This document shows positions 17,920 to 28,800 of a stretch of DNA of 64,000 nt, piece after piece. Made by a program: the position numbers and the translations under genes. Origin of the DNA: a virus. A model generated the notes under the pieces. That model was not told the origin of the DNA and did no database searches. It worked only from the letters and a program-made list of their open reading frames with translations. The stretch lies in the IMG/VR virus record IMGVR_UViG_3300025407_001359; one strand, 5' to 3'. Every line of letters starts with the position of its first letter. The stretch's first letter is position 1.

Positions 17920-18128
17920 TCAACTGGAGTTACTTGATTGCTCGCTTTATATCGGCTGTGGCATCGTGGTTGGATGCCAGTAATCTACGCAATCGTGTAT
18001 ATCGTCTAGAACAGGTCAACGAACTCATGAGAATAGGACTAGAAGACATACAACGTATGGATCCAGAAGGTCGTATAGGTTGGTATGCCAAGTCGGTCTT
18101 GGACAATGTGGACAATCGAGATGAATAA
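17907..18128 (+). CDS. Hypothetical protein; start may be 17916
   Basis: Fills the gap; overlap coupling. Confidence 0.55.
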   Translation: MAAVINWSYLIARFISAVASWLDASNLRNRVYRLEQVNELMRIGLEDIQRMDPEGRIGWYAKSVLDNVDNRDE

Positions 18129-18360
18129 ATATCAAATTACTCGTATAAAAATAAATAGTAATAAAGTCTGGATTGAAATAAACGAAGGCTTTGATTCTAA
18201 TCCGTTCAAAGATCCATTAATAACGGTCCCCTCAGAAGAAGAACTAAATCAAGTGCAAGCGTGGTGTGAAGAAAACCAATGCGGTCGTCGTATGAGTTAC
18301 GATCAATTTGTTTTCAACAATGAAAAAGAACTTAGTATGTTTATGCTAAAGTGGTCATAG
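18121..18360 (+). CDS. F.LKW-family small protein
   Basis: C-terminus FNNEKELSMFMLKWS. Confidence 0.7.
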   Translation: MNKYQITRIKINSNKVWIEINEGFDSNPFKDPLITVPSEEELNQVQAWCEENQCGRRMSYDQFVFNNEKELSMFMLKWS

Positions 18361-18370
18361 GAAGAATTCA

Positions 18371-19948
18371 ATGAAAGTTAAAAAAATTATTGTAGTAGGT
18401 GGTGGTACAGCAGGCTGGCTCAGTGCCGGTTTTATTGCTAGTCAATTGCCCGAAGTAGAAGTCACTGTGATTCACAGTAAGGATGTTCCAATTATTGGTG
18501 TTGGGGAAACTACGGTACCGCAGTTCCGCAATCACTTGGAAAAAATGGGTCTACACGAAGATCTATGGTTGCGTGAGTCAGGCAGCACATTCAAGTACGG
18601 TGTTACCTTTGACAACTGGCGTACTGGGTCAGACACACGTTGGCACGGATTTGGCGATTTTGTTACAGAAAAAGGTATCAGCCATAGTATGGACGAGTTT
18701 GGCAAACGTGTTAGCTGTGCCAAGGACGATTCAGTATTGATAGCCGACTACTGGATTGAAATGCTCAAACGTGGCATTGTTACCGAAGAGGATTACTATC
18801 AATATGCGTCAGATACGTATCATTTGGTTCAGAATCGCCGAGCACACAGAAACCTAGCGGGACACCAGTATTCGAGCCGTGTGCCGGGCTATGCTTATAA
18901 TATCAACGCATTCAAAGTGGGACAAACTATCAAGAACCACGTGGCCATCCCGGCTGGGGTAAAGACCCTGGAACGTCACATTGTTCAAGTGCTACGCAAC
19001 GAGCGTGAAGAAGTAACAGGTATTGTAGACGATGGCGGGGAAACACATACCGCAGACTTGTACATTGACTGCACCGGCTTCAAGCGACTACTGATTGGTC
19101 CTGTGGGCAAATGGATCAGTTACGAGGATCGACTGCCGTGTAAGAATGCTATTGGTGGACGTGTAAACTATCAAGGACGCGAAGCAGAATTCTGTGTACC
19201 TAACCTACACGCTACAGCATTCAACCACGGTTGGTCGTGGCGTGTTCCCTTACGTGATGACTTGGGTTCGGGCTATGTGTACGATACACGTTTCACCACA
19301 ACTGAACAGGCCATAGAAGAGTTGTCGGCATACTGGCAGAACCTCGGCTTGGAGTGGGATCATAAAGTTACTTTGACATTTGACAACGGTATCCTGGATC
19401 GTTCGGCACACCGTAACGTGATTGCCTGCGGACTCAGTTCAAACTTCCTGGAGCCCCTGGAAGCCACAAGTATTAGCTTTACTACGCTAATCAACGAATT
19501 GGTTGTGGCAGTACTTAAAAAGCACGACTGCCATTGGAATGACGGTGAGGATCGTGTGTTAAGTCGTTTAATGAGCCGTGAAGTCAAGATCACCGGTGAC
19601 TTCTTGTGGGCACACTATGCCTTGACCGAACGTTCAGATACAGAGTTCTGGCGCGAGCAAGCCGGTAAGCGTGAGGAAGCAGTTGATATGGTACACGGTT
19701 GGTTTGGTCGTCACTTTAGCGATATCTATCGTAGAGAAAAAGACTTTGACCACACACGCTACAACAAGTATGACTGGGCGCAGACCATTACCACTATGCG
19801 AATATTTGATGGTTGCCCTACTCGTGAGATCAATGAAGCCTTATTACCACGTGCTCGTCTATGGTATCAACACAGAGATGAAATGACTCGCGGTGTATTA
19901 GATCTTGTGCCAACGCACTGGGAATTGATTCAACATATCAACAGATAA
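18371..19948 (+). CDS. Tryptophan-halogenase-family flavin-dependent enzyme
   Basis: GGGTAG, GVGETT, conserved Lys in TFKYG, DCTGF, WSWRVP (WxWxIP-like), FLEPLEATSI. Confidence 0.9.
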   Translation: MKVKKIIVVGGGTAGWLSAGFIASQLPEVEVTVIHSKDVPIIGVGETTVPQFRNHLEKMGLHEDLWLRESGSTFKYGVTFDNWRTGSDTRWHGFGDFVTEKGISHSMDEFGKRVSCAKDDSVLIADYWIEMLKRGIVTEEDYYQYASDTYHLVQNRRAHRNLAGHQYSSRVPGYAYNINAFKVGQTIKNHVAIPAGVKTLERHIVQVLRNEREEVTGIVDDGGETHTADLYIDCTGFKRLLIGPVGKWISYEDRLPCKNAIGGRVNYQGREAEFCVPNLHATAFNHGWSWRVPLRDDLGSGYVYDTRFTTTEQAIEELSAYWQNLGLEWDHKVTLTFDNGILDRSAHRNVIACGLSSNFLEPLEATSISFTTLINELVVAVLKKHDCHWNDGEDRVLSRLMSREVKITGDFLWAHYALTERSDTEFWREQAGKREEAVDMVHGWFGRHFSDIYRREKDFDHTRYNKYDWAQTITTMRIFDGCPTREINEALLPRARLWYQHRDEMTRGVLDLVPTHWELIQHINR

Positions 19949-20417
19949 TGTACGTAAACAATTTTTCATTGCCCAAACCGACGCCGGAAGTGCTGGATCA
20001 GTGTCATTGTGTGTACATTGGCGACCCAGCATTTCACGTTAAGAAAATGCGTGACTGGTGCTACGAACAGAATCTCAGTTTGGTTTACTGGGAGTTGATG
20101 GAAGTGGCCGATGTTAGTCCAATACTAGACAATGTTGCGGCCTTTTGGTTTGCCAGTGGTCGTGATGCTACTATGTTTAGTTTAAAATACAAATGAAACA
20201 GATAGAAACCTGGCCGCCGCCAGACTGGACCGAAGTCATAGTGCTGTGGGACGAAGTATTAGGCGGACCCAGATATCCAATTCGAGAAATACTGGAATGG
20301 ATAGATACAGCCCCGGGCGGTGAATTTCATTTGCACGGTTATCGTTCTACTGAAGGTTTTTCGTTTAGATTTCGCAATCCCAATGATGCTGTGTATTTTA
20401 AACTAAAGTGGTTATAA
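19948..20417 (+). CDS. Two F.LKW-family small proteins (19948-20196 and 20193-20417)
   Basis: C-termini DATMFSLKYK and DAVYFKLKWL. Confidence 0.7.
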
Positions 20418-20418
20418 A

Positions 20419-20835
20419 ATGAACAAAGAATTAATAACAGGTATGTTGTTTATGGCTATTGCCGTGGCATTTGGCCTGGGCGGTGTACACTATAAATTTG
20501 GTACCTACGATGATCCCGGTGCTGCATTATTTCCTGTGGCTGTCAGTGTGTTTTTATTTGTGGTAGGCACAATCAAATTGATTGTTGGGTTCGTGGCCAA
20601 GAAAGAATACATTGAGTTTGAAGTTAAAAATATTGCTATTGTCTCTGCGTCACTGCTGTTGTTTGCTGTGGCTTCCGAGCGCATTGGCATACTTGCCGGT
20701 ACTGTGGCATTGGTAGCGGTGTCCAGTTTAAGTGCCAGCTCGTATTCGATCGGCCGAGTTGTTAAAATTGTTGCTGGACTGTGCGCTGTTGCACTTGCAT
20801 TTAAATACCTACTGGGATTGAACTTGCCACTATGA
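20419..20835 (+). CDS. tctB: Tripartite tricarboxylate transporter small membrane subunit TctB
   Basis: 4-5 TM helices; PGAALFP; directly upstream of tctA. Confidence 0.8.
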   Translation: MNKELITGMLFMAIAVAFGLGGVHYKFGTYDDPGAALFPVAVSVFLFVVGTIKLIVGFVAKKEYIEFEVKNIAIVSASLLLFAVASERIGILAGTVALVAVSSLSASSYSIGRVVKIVAGLCAVALAFKYLLGLNLPL

Positions 20836-22334
20836 TAGAAATACTCAATCACTTGGCTGCAGGCTTTGATACTGCACTCTCTTTACAAAATTTATTGTAT
20901 TGTGCTTTGGGCTGTTTTATCGGCACCTTGATCGGCCTACTGCCGGGTCTGGGTCCTATCAGTACCATCAGCTTGCTGTTGCCACTGACCTACTCAATGC
21001 CTGTAACTGGCAGTATCATTATGCTGGCCGGTATCTATTACGGCGCACAGTACGGCGACAGCGTCAGTGCCATTACCATGAAGATACCACACCAAAGCAG
21101 TATTGTGGCCTGTATAGACGGTTATCAAATGCACTTGCAAGGTCGCACAGGCTTGGCCTTGTTCACTGCCGGTGTCAGCAGTTTTATTGGCGGAACCGTG
21201 GCTGCTGTTATTGTGGTTGGCTTTGCTCCTGTATTGGGCGAGCTGGCTTTCTTGTTTGGTCCAAACGAATATGTGATGTTGATGCTGTTGGGATTTGTAT
21301 GTGTGAGCTTGGTCACCACTGGCAGTTTACTTGGCGGCCTGGGAATGGTGGCCATTGGGGTATTGTTGGGCATGGTAGGCACCGATGTCAACTCAGGAGT
21401 TATGCGATACACCCTGGGCTTGAGTTTCTTGAGTGACGGTATTGGTATGGTATCTATTGCCATCGGCTGTTTTGGACTGGCAGAAATTGTCAATAACTTG
21501 GACAAGCGAGACGAGCGCACTCCGTTTACGGGTTCAATCAAATTGATCCCAACCTGGACCGAATTCAAGCGTATTGTTCCCAGTGCCCTGCGTGGTAGCC
21601 TGGTAGGCAGTTTCTTGGGCCTGTTGCCCGGTGGTGGTCCCACTATTGCCCAGTACGGTGCTTACGCTGTGGACAAAAGATTTAGCAAATATCGAGACGA
21701 AATAGGTTCAGGAGCAATTGAAGGTGTAGCCGGACAAGCAGCTGCTGACGAAGCTGCTGCCCGTACCAGTTTTATTCCGCTAATGAGTATGGGCATTCCA
21801 GAAAATGCTGTTATGGCCTTGATTTTGGGTGCATTGACCATGAAAGGTATAACGCCCGGACCTTCAATGATTACTTCACACTCGACCTTGTTCTGGGGCT
21901 TGATTGCATCAATGTGGATTGGCAACGTGTTCTTGTTGATCTTGAATGTGCCATTGGTCAGATACTGGCTCACAGTATTTAAAATTCCTTATGCGGTGTT
22001 GTTTCCTTGTATCTTGTTCTTTTGTTGCATCGGTACATTCAGTACCAACAACAACATAGAAGATGTGTATACCACCGTGGCATTTGGTTTGTTGGGCTAT
22101 GCATTTTTGAAGTTGGGACTGGAAGCGGCACCCTTGATGTTGGGCTTTATTCTAGGACCAATGTTGGAAGAAAATTTCCGCCGGGCAATGAGCATCAGTC
22201 GTGGTGATTTTGGCCCGTTTTGGGACAGACCCATCAGTTGTGCTATGTTAGTGGTCATTGGCCTTTGCGTAGCCTACAGTATATACGGGTATCTACGTCG
22301 GTTGACCATAAAAGATCAAAATAGTACAATATAA
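20832..22334 (+). CDS. tctA: Tripartite tricarboxylate transporter large subunit TctA
   Basis: 500 aa; GTLIGLLPGLGP and GSFLGLLPGGG repeats; DGYQM; GIP motif; GFILGPMLEENFRRAM. Confidence 0.95.
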   Translation: MIEILNHLAAGFDTALSLQNLLYCALGCFIGTLIGLLPGLGPISTISLLLPLTYSMPVTGSIIMLAGIYYGAQYGDSVSAITMKIPHQSSIVACIDGYQMHLQGRTGLALFTAGVSSFIGGTVAAVIVVGFAPVLGELAFLFGPNEYVMLMLLGFVCVSLVTTGSLLGGLGMVAIGVLLGMVGTDVNSGVMRYTLGLSFLSDGIGMVSIAIGCFGLAEIVNNLDKRDERTPFTGSIKLIPTWTEFKRIVPSALRGSLVGSFLGLLPGGGPTIAQYGAYAVDKRFSKYRDEIGSGAIEGVAGQAAADEAAARTSFIPLMSMGIPENAVMALILGALTMKGITPGPSMITSHSTLFWGLIASMWIGNVFLLILNVPLVRYWLTVFKIPYAVLFPCILFFCCIGTFSTNNNIEDVYTTVAFGLLGYAFLKLGLEAAPLMLGFILGPMLEENFRRAMSISRGDFGPFWDRPISCAMLVVIGLCVAYSIYGYLRRLTIKDQNSTI

Positions 22335-22371
22335 GTGTAGTAAAAGATTAACTCAACTTCGGAAAGTAAAA

Positions 22372-22620
22372 ATGATAAAAATCAACAAATATATCCTAAA
22401 AGCCACAATTCAAACTGTAACAACAGTCATTGGCATAATTGCCATATCAGCTGTGATTAGCCTAGGCTTAAACTACATCAACCCGACACCCACACAATTG
22501 GTTGGCGCTTTGATCACTGTGTTTTTGATCTATGCCCTGTACTCGCTGATCACTATACAGGCCAAAATCCTAGAGTCACGTGACAAAATCAATGCACGAA
22601 TCGATCGAGTAACAAAATGA
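22372..22620 (+). CDS. Small membrane protein with 2 TM helices
   Basis: Promoter TTGACC-17-TACAAT at 22302-22330. Confidence 0.7.
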   Translation: MIKINKYILKATIQTVTTVIGIIAISAVISLGLNYINPTPTQLVGALITVFLIYALYSLITIQAKILESRDKINARIDRVTK

Positions 22621-23288
22621 AGATTTACATTTCCCGACCACGCAATCATTGGCTGAGTCCATACACTATTCTCAAAACAGTTTGCTTTTGGGAACGAGAC
22701 GACGATGTGTTTTACGATCACGAGGATACCGGCAAGGGCCGATATGTCAAGTGGGTCAAATTCTTGACCCCCATTTGTAATGCTTGGCAACGATTCTTGG
22801 ACATTGTACACCCCGACATCAATTATATCAAAATTGATCGTTATGATACTTGGTCAATGGATCATACTCTCAGCCCTATCATCTTGCCTATGTTGCGGCA
22901 GTTGCAAGAAACCAAACACGGTGCTCCATTTGTGGATGACAAGGATGTTCCCAAAGAGTTGCGTAGCACATCAGCACCGCCCAAAGAAAACGAGTGGGAC
23001 ACCGATGACAATCACTTTCGTCGTTGGGATTGGGTCTTAGACGAAATGATTTTTGCATTTGAGCACATTGTCAACACCGACTGGGAAGACGAATTCCGCA
23101 CAGGCAAAATGAGTCACCGTACTGTGGCTTGCGAGTGGGACGAGGCAGGTAAAGCCACTATGTACCGATGGGAAGAACAACCAGATCATACCTACAAGTA
23201 CGATATGGAAGGCGCTCAAAAGGTACACAAGCGCATTCAGAACGGCCTTTGTTTATTTGGTAAATACTATCAAGCACTTTGGGACTAA
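22617..23288 (+). CDS. Conserved phage hypothetical protein (WDWVLDEMIFAF)
   Basis: 223-aa ORF; ATGA overlap. Confidence 0.8.
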   Translation: MKIYISRPRNHWLSPYTILKTVCFWERDDDVFYDHEDTGKGRYVKWVKFLTPICNAWQRFLDIVHPDINYIKIDRYDTWSMDHTLSPIILPMLRQLQETKHGAPFVDDKDVPKELRSTSAPPKENEWDTDDNHFRRWDWVLDEMIFAFEHIVNTDWEDEFRTGKMSHRTVACEWDEAGKATMYRWEEQPDHTYKYDMEGAQKVHKRIQNGLCLFGKYYQALWD

Positions 23289-23291
23289 TCA

Positions 23292-23651
23292 ATGTTTGAA
23301 GATATCACAGTATTTTTGATATGGTTGTTGGCAACCTGGATTGTATCCAATATTATCATTGGGTTTCTTGGAATATATCAACAAACTGACAGCAAAATCA
23401 GAGATCAGCTGATCAAACACTTGGACACCATCATACATCGTGTTCGGGTTGAAAAACACAACGAAGTTTATTTTTGGTACGACAACGACGACGGCGAATT
23501 TCTTGCACAAGGTCAAACCGACGAAGAAATCATCAACAATTTAAAACAGCGTTTTCCCACCCATATTTTCTATTTGCCCACCAGCCATTTTATCAGTCAA
23601 AAAACCAATTGGCAACCACGACATCAGCACGTAGAAACTGTTGACCAATAA
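23292..23651 (+). CDS. Membrane-anchored hypothetical protein
   Basis: N-terminal TM helix; FLAQG motif. Confidence 0.7.
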   Translation: MFEDITVFLIWLLATWIVSNIIIGFLGIYQQTDSKIRDQLIKHLDTIIHRVRVEKHNEVYFWYDNDDGEFLAQGQTDEEIINNLKQRFPTHIFYLPTSHFISQKTNWQPRHQHVETVDQ

Positions 23652-23676
23652 AGATCAAAATAGTATAATACTTGTT

Positions 23677-24069
23677 ATGACAATGCACCTAGCACATCCT
23701 GCCCTTTCTACCACCGGCAAAAAGCGTGGCAAGCAAAAATATGCGTCAGCTGAGGCAAAAAGAAAAGCCGAAATCCTGCGCGAAGAGTGGGAAGCTCTCA
23801 AACGTCGTAACAATATTACCACAGAAAAGAAAACCCGAGCACGTGATATGCGTGGCAATCTAGCTGATACTTATTGCCTCACTGTGCCGCCCGGACGTGA
23901 CTTGCCACGCATCACAAGCCGCGATACCGGCTGGGTTCCTTGCACCAAAGGCACAGACAAAGTCTACACCGGCACCAAGGTCAAAGGTATTGGCACTATG
24001 CACAAGTCCAACGCTGTACCCATTTTCTCCGACGAAGAAGCAGTTGAGATAAGTACAATGCGACGTTAA
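23677..24069 (+). CDS. Conserved T4-like-phage hypothetical protein ([19 protein letters not shown])
   Basis: Promoter TTGACC-17-TATAAT at 23641-23669 places the start at 23677. Confidence 0.75.
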   Translation: MTMHLAHPALSTTGKKRGKQKYASAEAKRKAEILREEWEALKRRNNITTEKKTRARDMRGNLADTYCLTVPPGRDLPRITSRDTGWVPCTKGTDKVYTGTKVKGIGTMHKSNAVPIFSDEEAVEISTMRR

Positions 24070-24080
24070 AAGGAGATGAC

Positions 24081-24299
24081 TTGGCAAAGGATGATATAAT
24101 TGAAATGACCGGAGTAGTAGACGAAGTTCTACCAAACGCTATGTTTCGCGTAATACTAGAAAATGGACACAAAATTACTGCCACAATCGGCGGTAGATTA
24201 AGACAGCATAATATACGCATATTATTAGGTGATAGTGTAAATGTAGAAATGAGCACATATGACCTAAGCCGTGGGCGAGTGGTATACCGCAACAAATAA
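24081..24299 (+). CDS. infA: Translation initiation factor IF-1
   Basis: [29 protein letters not shown]...[26 protein letters not shown]; AAGGAG SD with a TTG start. Confidence 0.95.
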   Translation: MAKDDIIEMTGVVDEVLPNAMFRVILENGHKITATIGGRLRQHNIRILLGDSVNVEMSTYDLSRGRVVYRNK

Positions 24300-24306
24300 G
24301 TACGGT

Positions 24307-24933
24307 ATGCTAAAACATAAAAAGTTAGGGGTAATTTTTATTGACTGCTGGGACCAACATTGGAATTGGCAAAACCCAGGTGCTCCGCATAATAATTTTT
24401 ATCACAATATGATAGACACATTGTCTGAATATGATATAGACAGTTATGTATTTCATAATACTTTTTTAAGTTTAAAATATGTCACTCCCGACGTTGTAAA
24501 TTATTTCAAAGAATTTGTCAACAACGAACCCAGTGATTCCAACAAACGCCAGGCTGTTATTGACCTACTGAGTGCCACCGGTACTGAACGATTGACCCCT
24601 GAATTACACACCTTATACGAAAATAACAAAAGCATTTATATACCCACATTCAACGGATTTCAACAATGGGTACAAACATCTGGCATTGGTAGATGGATTG
24701 TGGTAGGTGCTCATTGGGGCATTTGTACCCACACAAAACCGTTGGGGTTTGAAAACTTGCTCATTTATAAAAAACAATCTCCGGGTATAAAAATTTTTAG
24801 TATTCCCAGTTGCACAGCAAAATGGACCGACGGTCCCGACAGTGGGGTTACAATTTGCAGTGATATTGACTATGCACAGGACCATTTAAAATGGCAAAAG
24901 GTCGGTGATAATTTACAAGAATTAATATTATAA
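24307..24933 (+). CDS. Isochorismatase/cysteine-hydrolase-like protein
   Basis: VIFIDCW and WIVVGAHWGIC; AT-rich. Confidence 0.45.
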   Translation: MLKHKKLGVIFIDCWDQHWNWQNPGAPHNNFYHNMIDTLSEYDIDSYVFHNTFLSLKYVTPDVVNYFKEFVNNEPSDSNKRQAVIDLLSATGTERLTPELHTLYENNKSIYIPTFNGFQQWVQTSGIGRWIVVGAHWGICTHTKPLGFENLLIYKKQSPGIKIFSIPSCTAKWTDGPDSGVTICSDIDYAQDHLKWQKVGDNLQELIL

Positions 24934-24941
24934 ATAGTATT

Positions 24942-25487
24942 ATGAACGATATTAGACAAACCTTAGATCTACTAGAAGCAAAAGAAAAAGGCAAACTAGA
25001 GCAAATCAAACTGCCCTACAGTCGTACTGCTTTGGCTCCTGTTATGAGTTCAGCTGAAATAGACTTGCACTATGGTAAACTATACAAAGGCTATGTGGAT
25101 CGTTACAACAAGGGTGAAGGTGACGCCAAGTTTAACGAAGCCGGGGCATACTTACACAGTATATTTTTTAGCCAATTCAAACATCCGGGTAGCCAAAAAC
25201 CACACGGACGTATTGCCGACATCATCAATTATCATCACACAAACTTTGTAGATTTCAAAAAGTCCTTTATCGAAGAAGCAATGAAAGTACAAGGGTCGGG
25301 TTGGATTTATCTCAGCAAGAGCGGTCAGATCAAAACCATTCGCAATCACGCTGTACGTTCAGATATAGCACTATTGATTGATATGTGGGAACACGCTTAT
25401 CAAAACGATTACGGTTCAAACAAGAAAAAATATTTAGAAAACATTTGGCGTATCATTGACTGGAGCGCCGTTAACAGAAGATTATGA
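24942..25487 (+). CDS. sod: Fe/Mn superoxide dismutase with an N-terminal extension
   Basis: KLPY, LHYGK, YLHSIFF, GSGW, DMWEHAY; TATAAATA at 24929-24936. Confidence 0.92.
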   Translation: MNDIRQTLDLLEAKEKGKLEQIKLPYSRTALAPVMSSAEIDLHYGKLYKGYVDRYNKGEGDAKFNEAGAYLHSIFFSQFKHPGSQKPHGRIADIINYHHTNFVDFKKSFIEEAMKVQGSGWIYLSKSGQIKTIRNHAVRSDIALLIDMWEHAYQNDYGSNKKKYLENIWRIIDWSAVNRRL

Positions 25488-25810
25488 TAACAATTACAGA
25501 TTCAGCCGTAGCAAAATTACGAGACATACTGGCAGAAGAATCCAATCCTGATCTTAAACTTCGTGTTTTTGTTCAAGGTGGCGGTTGTTCGGGTATGCAG
25601 TACGGATTTACCTTGGACGAAACAGTCAACGAAGATGACTTTGATCTTGACATTGACAATATACACGTACTGGTAGATTCGATGAGCGGTAGCTATCTAC
25701 AAGGTGCCGAGATTGACTACCGAGAAGACCAATACGGCTCACAATTCAGCATCAAAAACCCCAACGCAGTCACCACCTGCGGTTGCGGATCTAGTTTTAG
25801 TCCGGGATAA
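25484..25810 (+). CDS. erpA: A-type Fe-S carrier ErpA/IscA
   Basis: GGGCSG and [14 protein letters not shown]. Confidence 0.93.
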   Translation: MITITDSAVAKLRDILAEESNPDLKLRVFVQGGGCSGMQYGFTLDETVNEDDFDLDIDNIHVLVDSMSGSYLQGAEIDYREDQYGSQFSIKNPNAVTTCGCGSSFSPG

Positions 25811-25886
25811 TATACCCACATAATTCCTGTGCAAACCTGGCTTTAGCCAATTCCGATAAATAACAGTATTACTCGGGATTATAGTT

Positions 25887-28800
25887 ATGGCATTATGGAC
25901 AGGGGCAATTCAAAAAGTTAATGAAGGTTTTGCGGCCAACGACGGCTCTGGCGATACCATTCGTGCGGCGTTTATTAAAACCGACACCAGCTTTGCAGCA
26001 ATCAATAGCTTTTTAAGCGCAACAACACAGGATTTTCTCAATGCCAATGTTAGTGGTCTATTGCAGTCCAACATTGGATCTTTTGTAAACGTAAACACTA
26101 TCAACTTTGTTGCAACCACGGCCAACATCGCACACATCAATGGTTTGTTGGGATTGACAGTGGGTGGAGATGTTACAGTTACCGGTAACGTAACAGCTAC
26201 CAATACTGTTTCAGCCACAACACTGACTGCCAACACACTACAAGCTGCCACACTTGGCTCCAACATTGGCCTAAACAATTACAGCATTGTCGGCAACGGA
26301 AATGTTGCAATCACCGGCACAGTAGGTGCTACCAATGTTGTCAGCACCAATGCCACAGTAAACGGCACAGCCACAGTACAAAATTTAACAGTACAAGGCA
26401 ACTTGGTAGCCAACGCTGGTTTGGTTGTTACTTCTTCTATTGTGCCAAGCGGAAACTTACAATACGACCTAGGCAGCCCTACAAACTTTTTCCGTAATGT
26501 TTATTCTGCAGGCCTGGTAGAAGTCAACACAGTTGTATTAAACAACAACAATAACATATTGAGATTGCACTCAAATATACCGGTTGGTGACGTCAAAGAC
26601 GTTGGTATTTTGGGCGAGTTTAACAAAAACAGTACCAACAGTTTTGCTTATTTTGGTTACCAATATTCAACTGACAATTTTGTTTACAAGATTACCCCAA
26701 CCGACGCCACTGTGGGTTCGGGCATAGTCAGCGACGGAGTATACGGTAACGCACAATTTGGCAGTTTGTTTCTAAGCAACAACACAGCCGGTGGCAATAC
26801 TTTGGTTGTCAACAGCGGTGCCGCGATTGCTGGCAATGCCTACAGCGCAAACTTTGTTGGCAATTTGGTTGGTAACTTGACCAGCGGTGCAGCCACTGTT
26901 GGCGCACTCACTGTCAACACAGTCACAGCCGGCAACGTAACTGCCAACTATCATCTTGGCAACATTGTTTCATCTGTTGCCAACATTACTAATATAAATG
27001 CCAATACTGTCAATGCAACTGGTAACATTTCGTCCAGTTACTATCTTGGCAATATTGTTTCATCTGTTGCCACTGTTGCAAACCTAACAGTTGGCTCAGT
27101 GGTTGGCAATTTGGCTGTCAACGGAATCATTTCCAGCACTGGCGACGCAACTGTCACCGGCAATGTGGTTGCTGGCAATCGTTTGGTTGGTAATATTACC
27201 AGTACCGCTGCCAACGTTTCAACATTGACAGTTGGTAGTGTCAGTGGCAATTTGTCAGTAACTGGCAACGTGACCAGTGGTGGTTTCCAAGTATTGACCA
27301 TTAACAATTTTTCACAGTATCTGCCAGCTTTGAACAATGCTACCAACGTTGTTGGCGACAGTTACTTTACCGGTAATATGACGGTCAGCGGCATTGCTGG
27401 ATTTAAAACAGCCAGCAACATTTATGCTGGCTACGGATCCGGTGCTCCATTTGGATTCTACGGTAACCTATACGGACTGGTTACCAATCCAGTACAGACT
27501 GGTATTACCACAGTTGGTACTCTTGGTAATTTGTCAATCACTGGCACAACTACCACTGGCACATTGAATGTCAACACTCTTAATGTACAAACTGGTGCAA
27601 CTATAAGCGGCGCATTGTCGGCAGGTACTACTACAGTTGCTGGTTTAAGTGCTAGTTCATTGACTGTCTCGGGCAACACCACCGTAAATAATCTTGCTGT
27701 TACCGGAACAATCAGTACCGGAACCACTATTAGTGCCAGTGCAACCAGCAATTCCTTAACCAGTGGCAATATTACAGTAACTGGCAACGTAACCAGTAAC
27801 AATGCCAGTGTTACCAATACCATAAGCACCAACAACATTGCAGTCACCAGCAACGTAACTGCTGGTAACGTGGTGGCCACAGCAATTTATTCTAATGGAT
27901 ATCGATTTGCTAACGGTGCGGCGTTTGTATCTACTACACTGGCCAATACCGCAGAGATTACAGCCAACATAGCCAGTGGTGCCAATGCTGGATTCAATTT
28001 GGTTGCTTCGGGTGTCTCGGCAGGCACATATGGTTCATCTACCACAGTACCTGTGATTGCCGTTGATGCCAAAGGGCGCATTACTTCCGCAACCACTGCC
28101 AGCATTGCTGGCTCATTGACCTTTACTGGTGATGCAACTGGTTCAGGCAATGTGGGCGGTTCAACAGCGTTGACCTTGGCTGCCTCAGGTGTCACAGCAG
28201 GCACATATGGTTCGGCTACCAGTATTCCAACCATTGCAGTTGACGCCAAAGGCCGTATTACTAGCGTAACTACCAATACTGTCAGCAGTACGTTGAACAT
28301 TGCTGGCACTACAGGAACTGGCTCAGTTGGTTTATTAACCGGTACCTTGACAGTAACTGGCGCCACCGGCGTGTCGGTAGCGGCCTCGGGCAGCACTCTT
28401 ACTGTTAGTCCACCACAGGACTTACGTGCAACTGCTACACCAACATTTAATGGCCTGGTTACCACAAGTCATACTAGCACCAGTTTAACCGCTACCAACA
28501 TCAACATTGTTACCAGCATTGTTCCAACTGTCAATAACACAGTTAATATTGGCGGCAGTGGCAGTAACTTTGCCACAGTATATGCACAAACATTCAGTGG
28601 TACAGCAACCACAGCCAACTATGCTGACTTGGCAGAAATTTATGCAGCCGATGCCGAGTATGCACCGGGTACTGTTGTGATATTTGGTGGCGATAAAGAA
28701 ATCACAACCACTACACAATTCGCTGACGTTGCAGTGGCTGGTGCAATATCCACCGATCCTGCTTACCTGATGAATAATGCAGCGGAAGGTTTACCTGTTG

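Noticed and set aside
28000-28280. Direct repeats in the tail fibre as a DGR template/variable pair
   Set aside because: Differences are not restricted to adenines, both copies are in-frame protein repeats, and there is no reverse transcriptase in the window.
25910-28718. Long minus-strand ORFs opposite the tail fibre gene
   Set aside because: Shadow frames caused by the stop-poor, GTN/ACN-rich codon usage of the real gene; no SD or promoter and no motifs.
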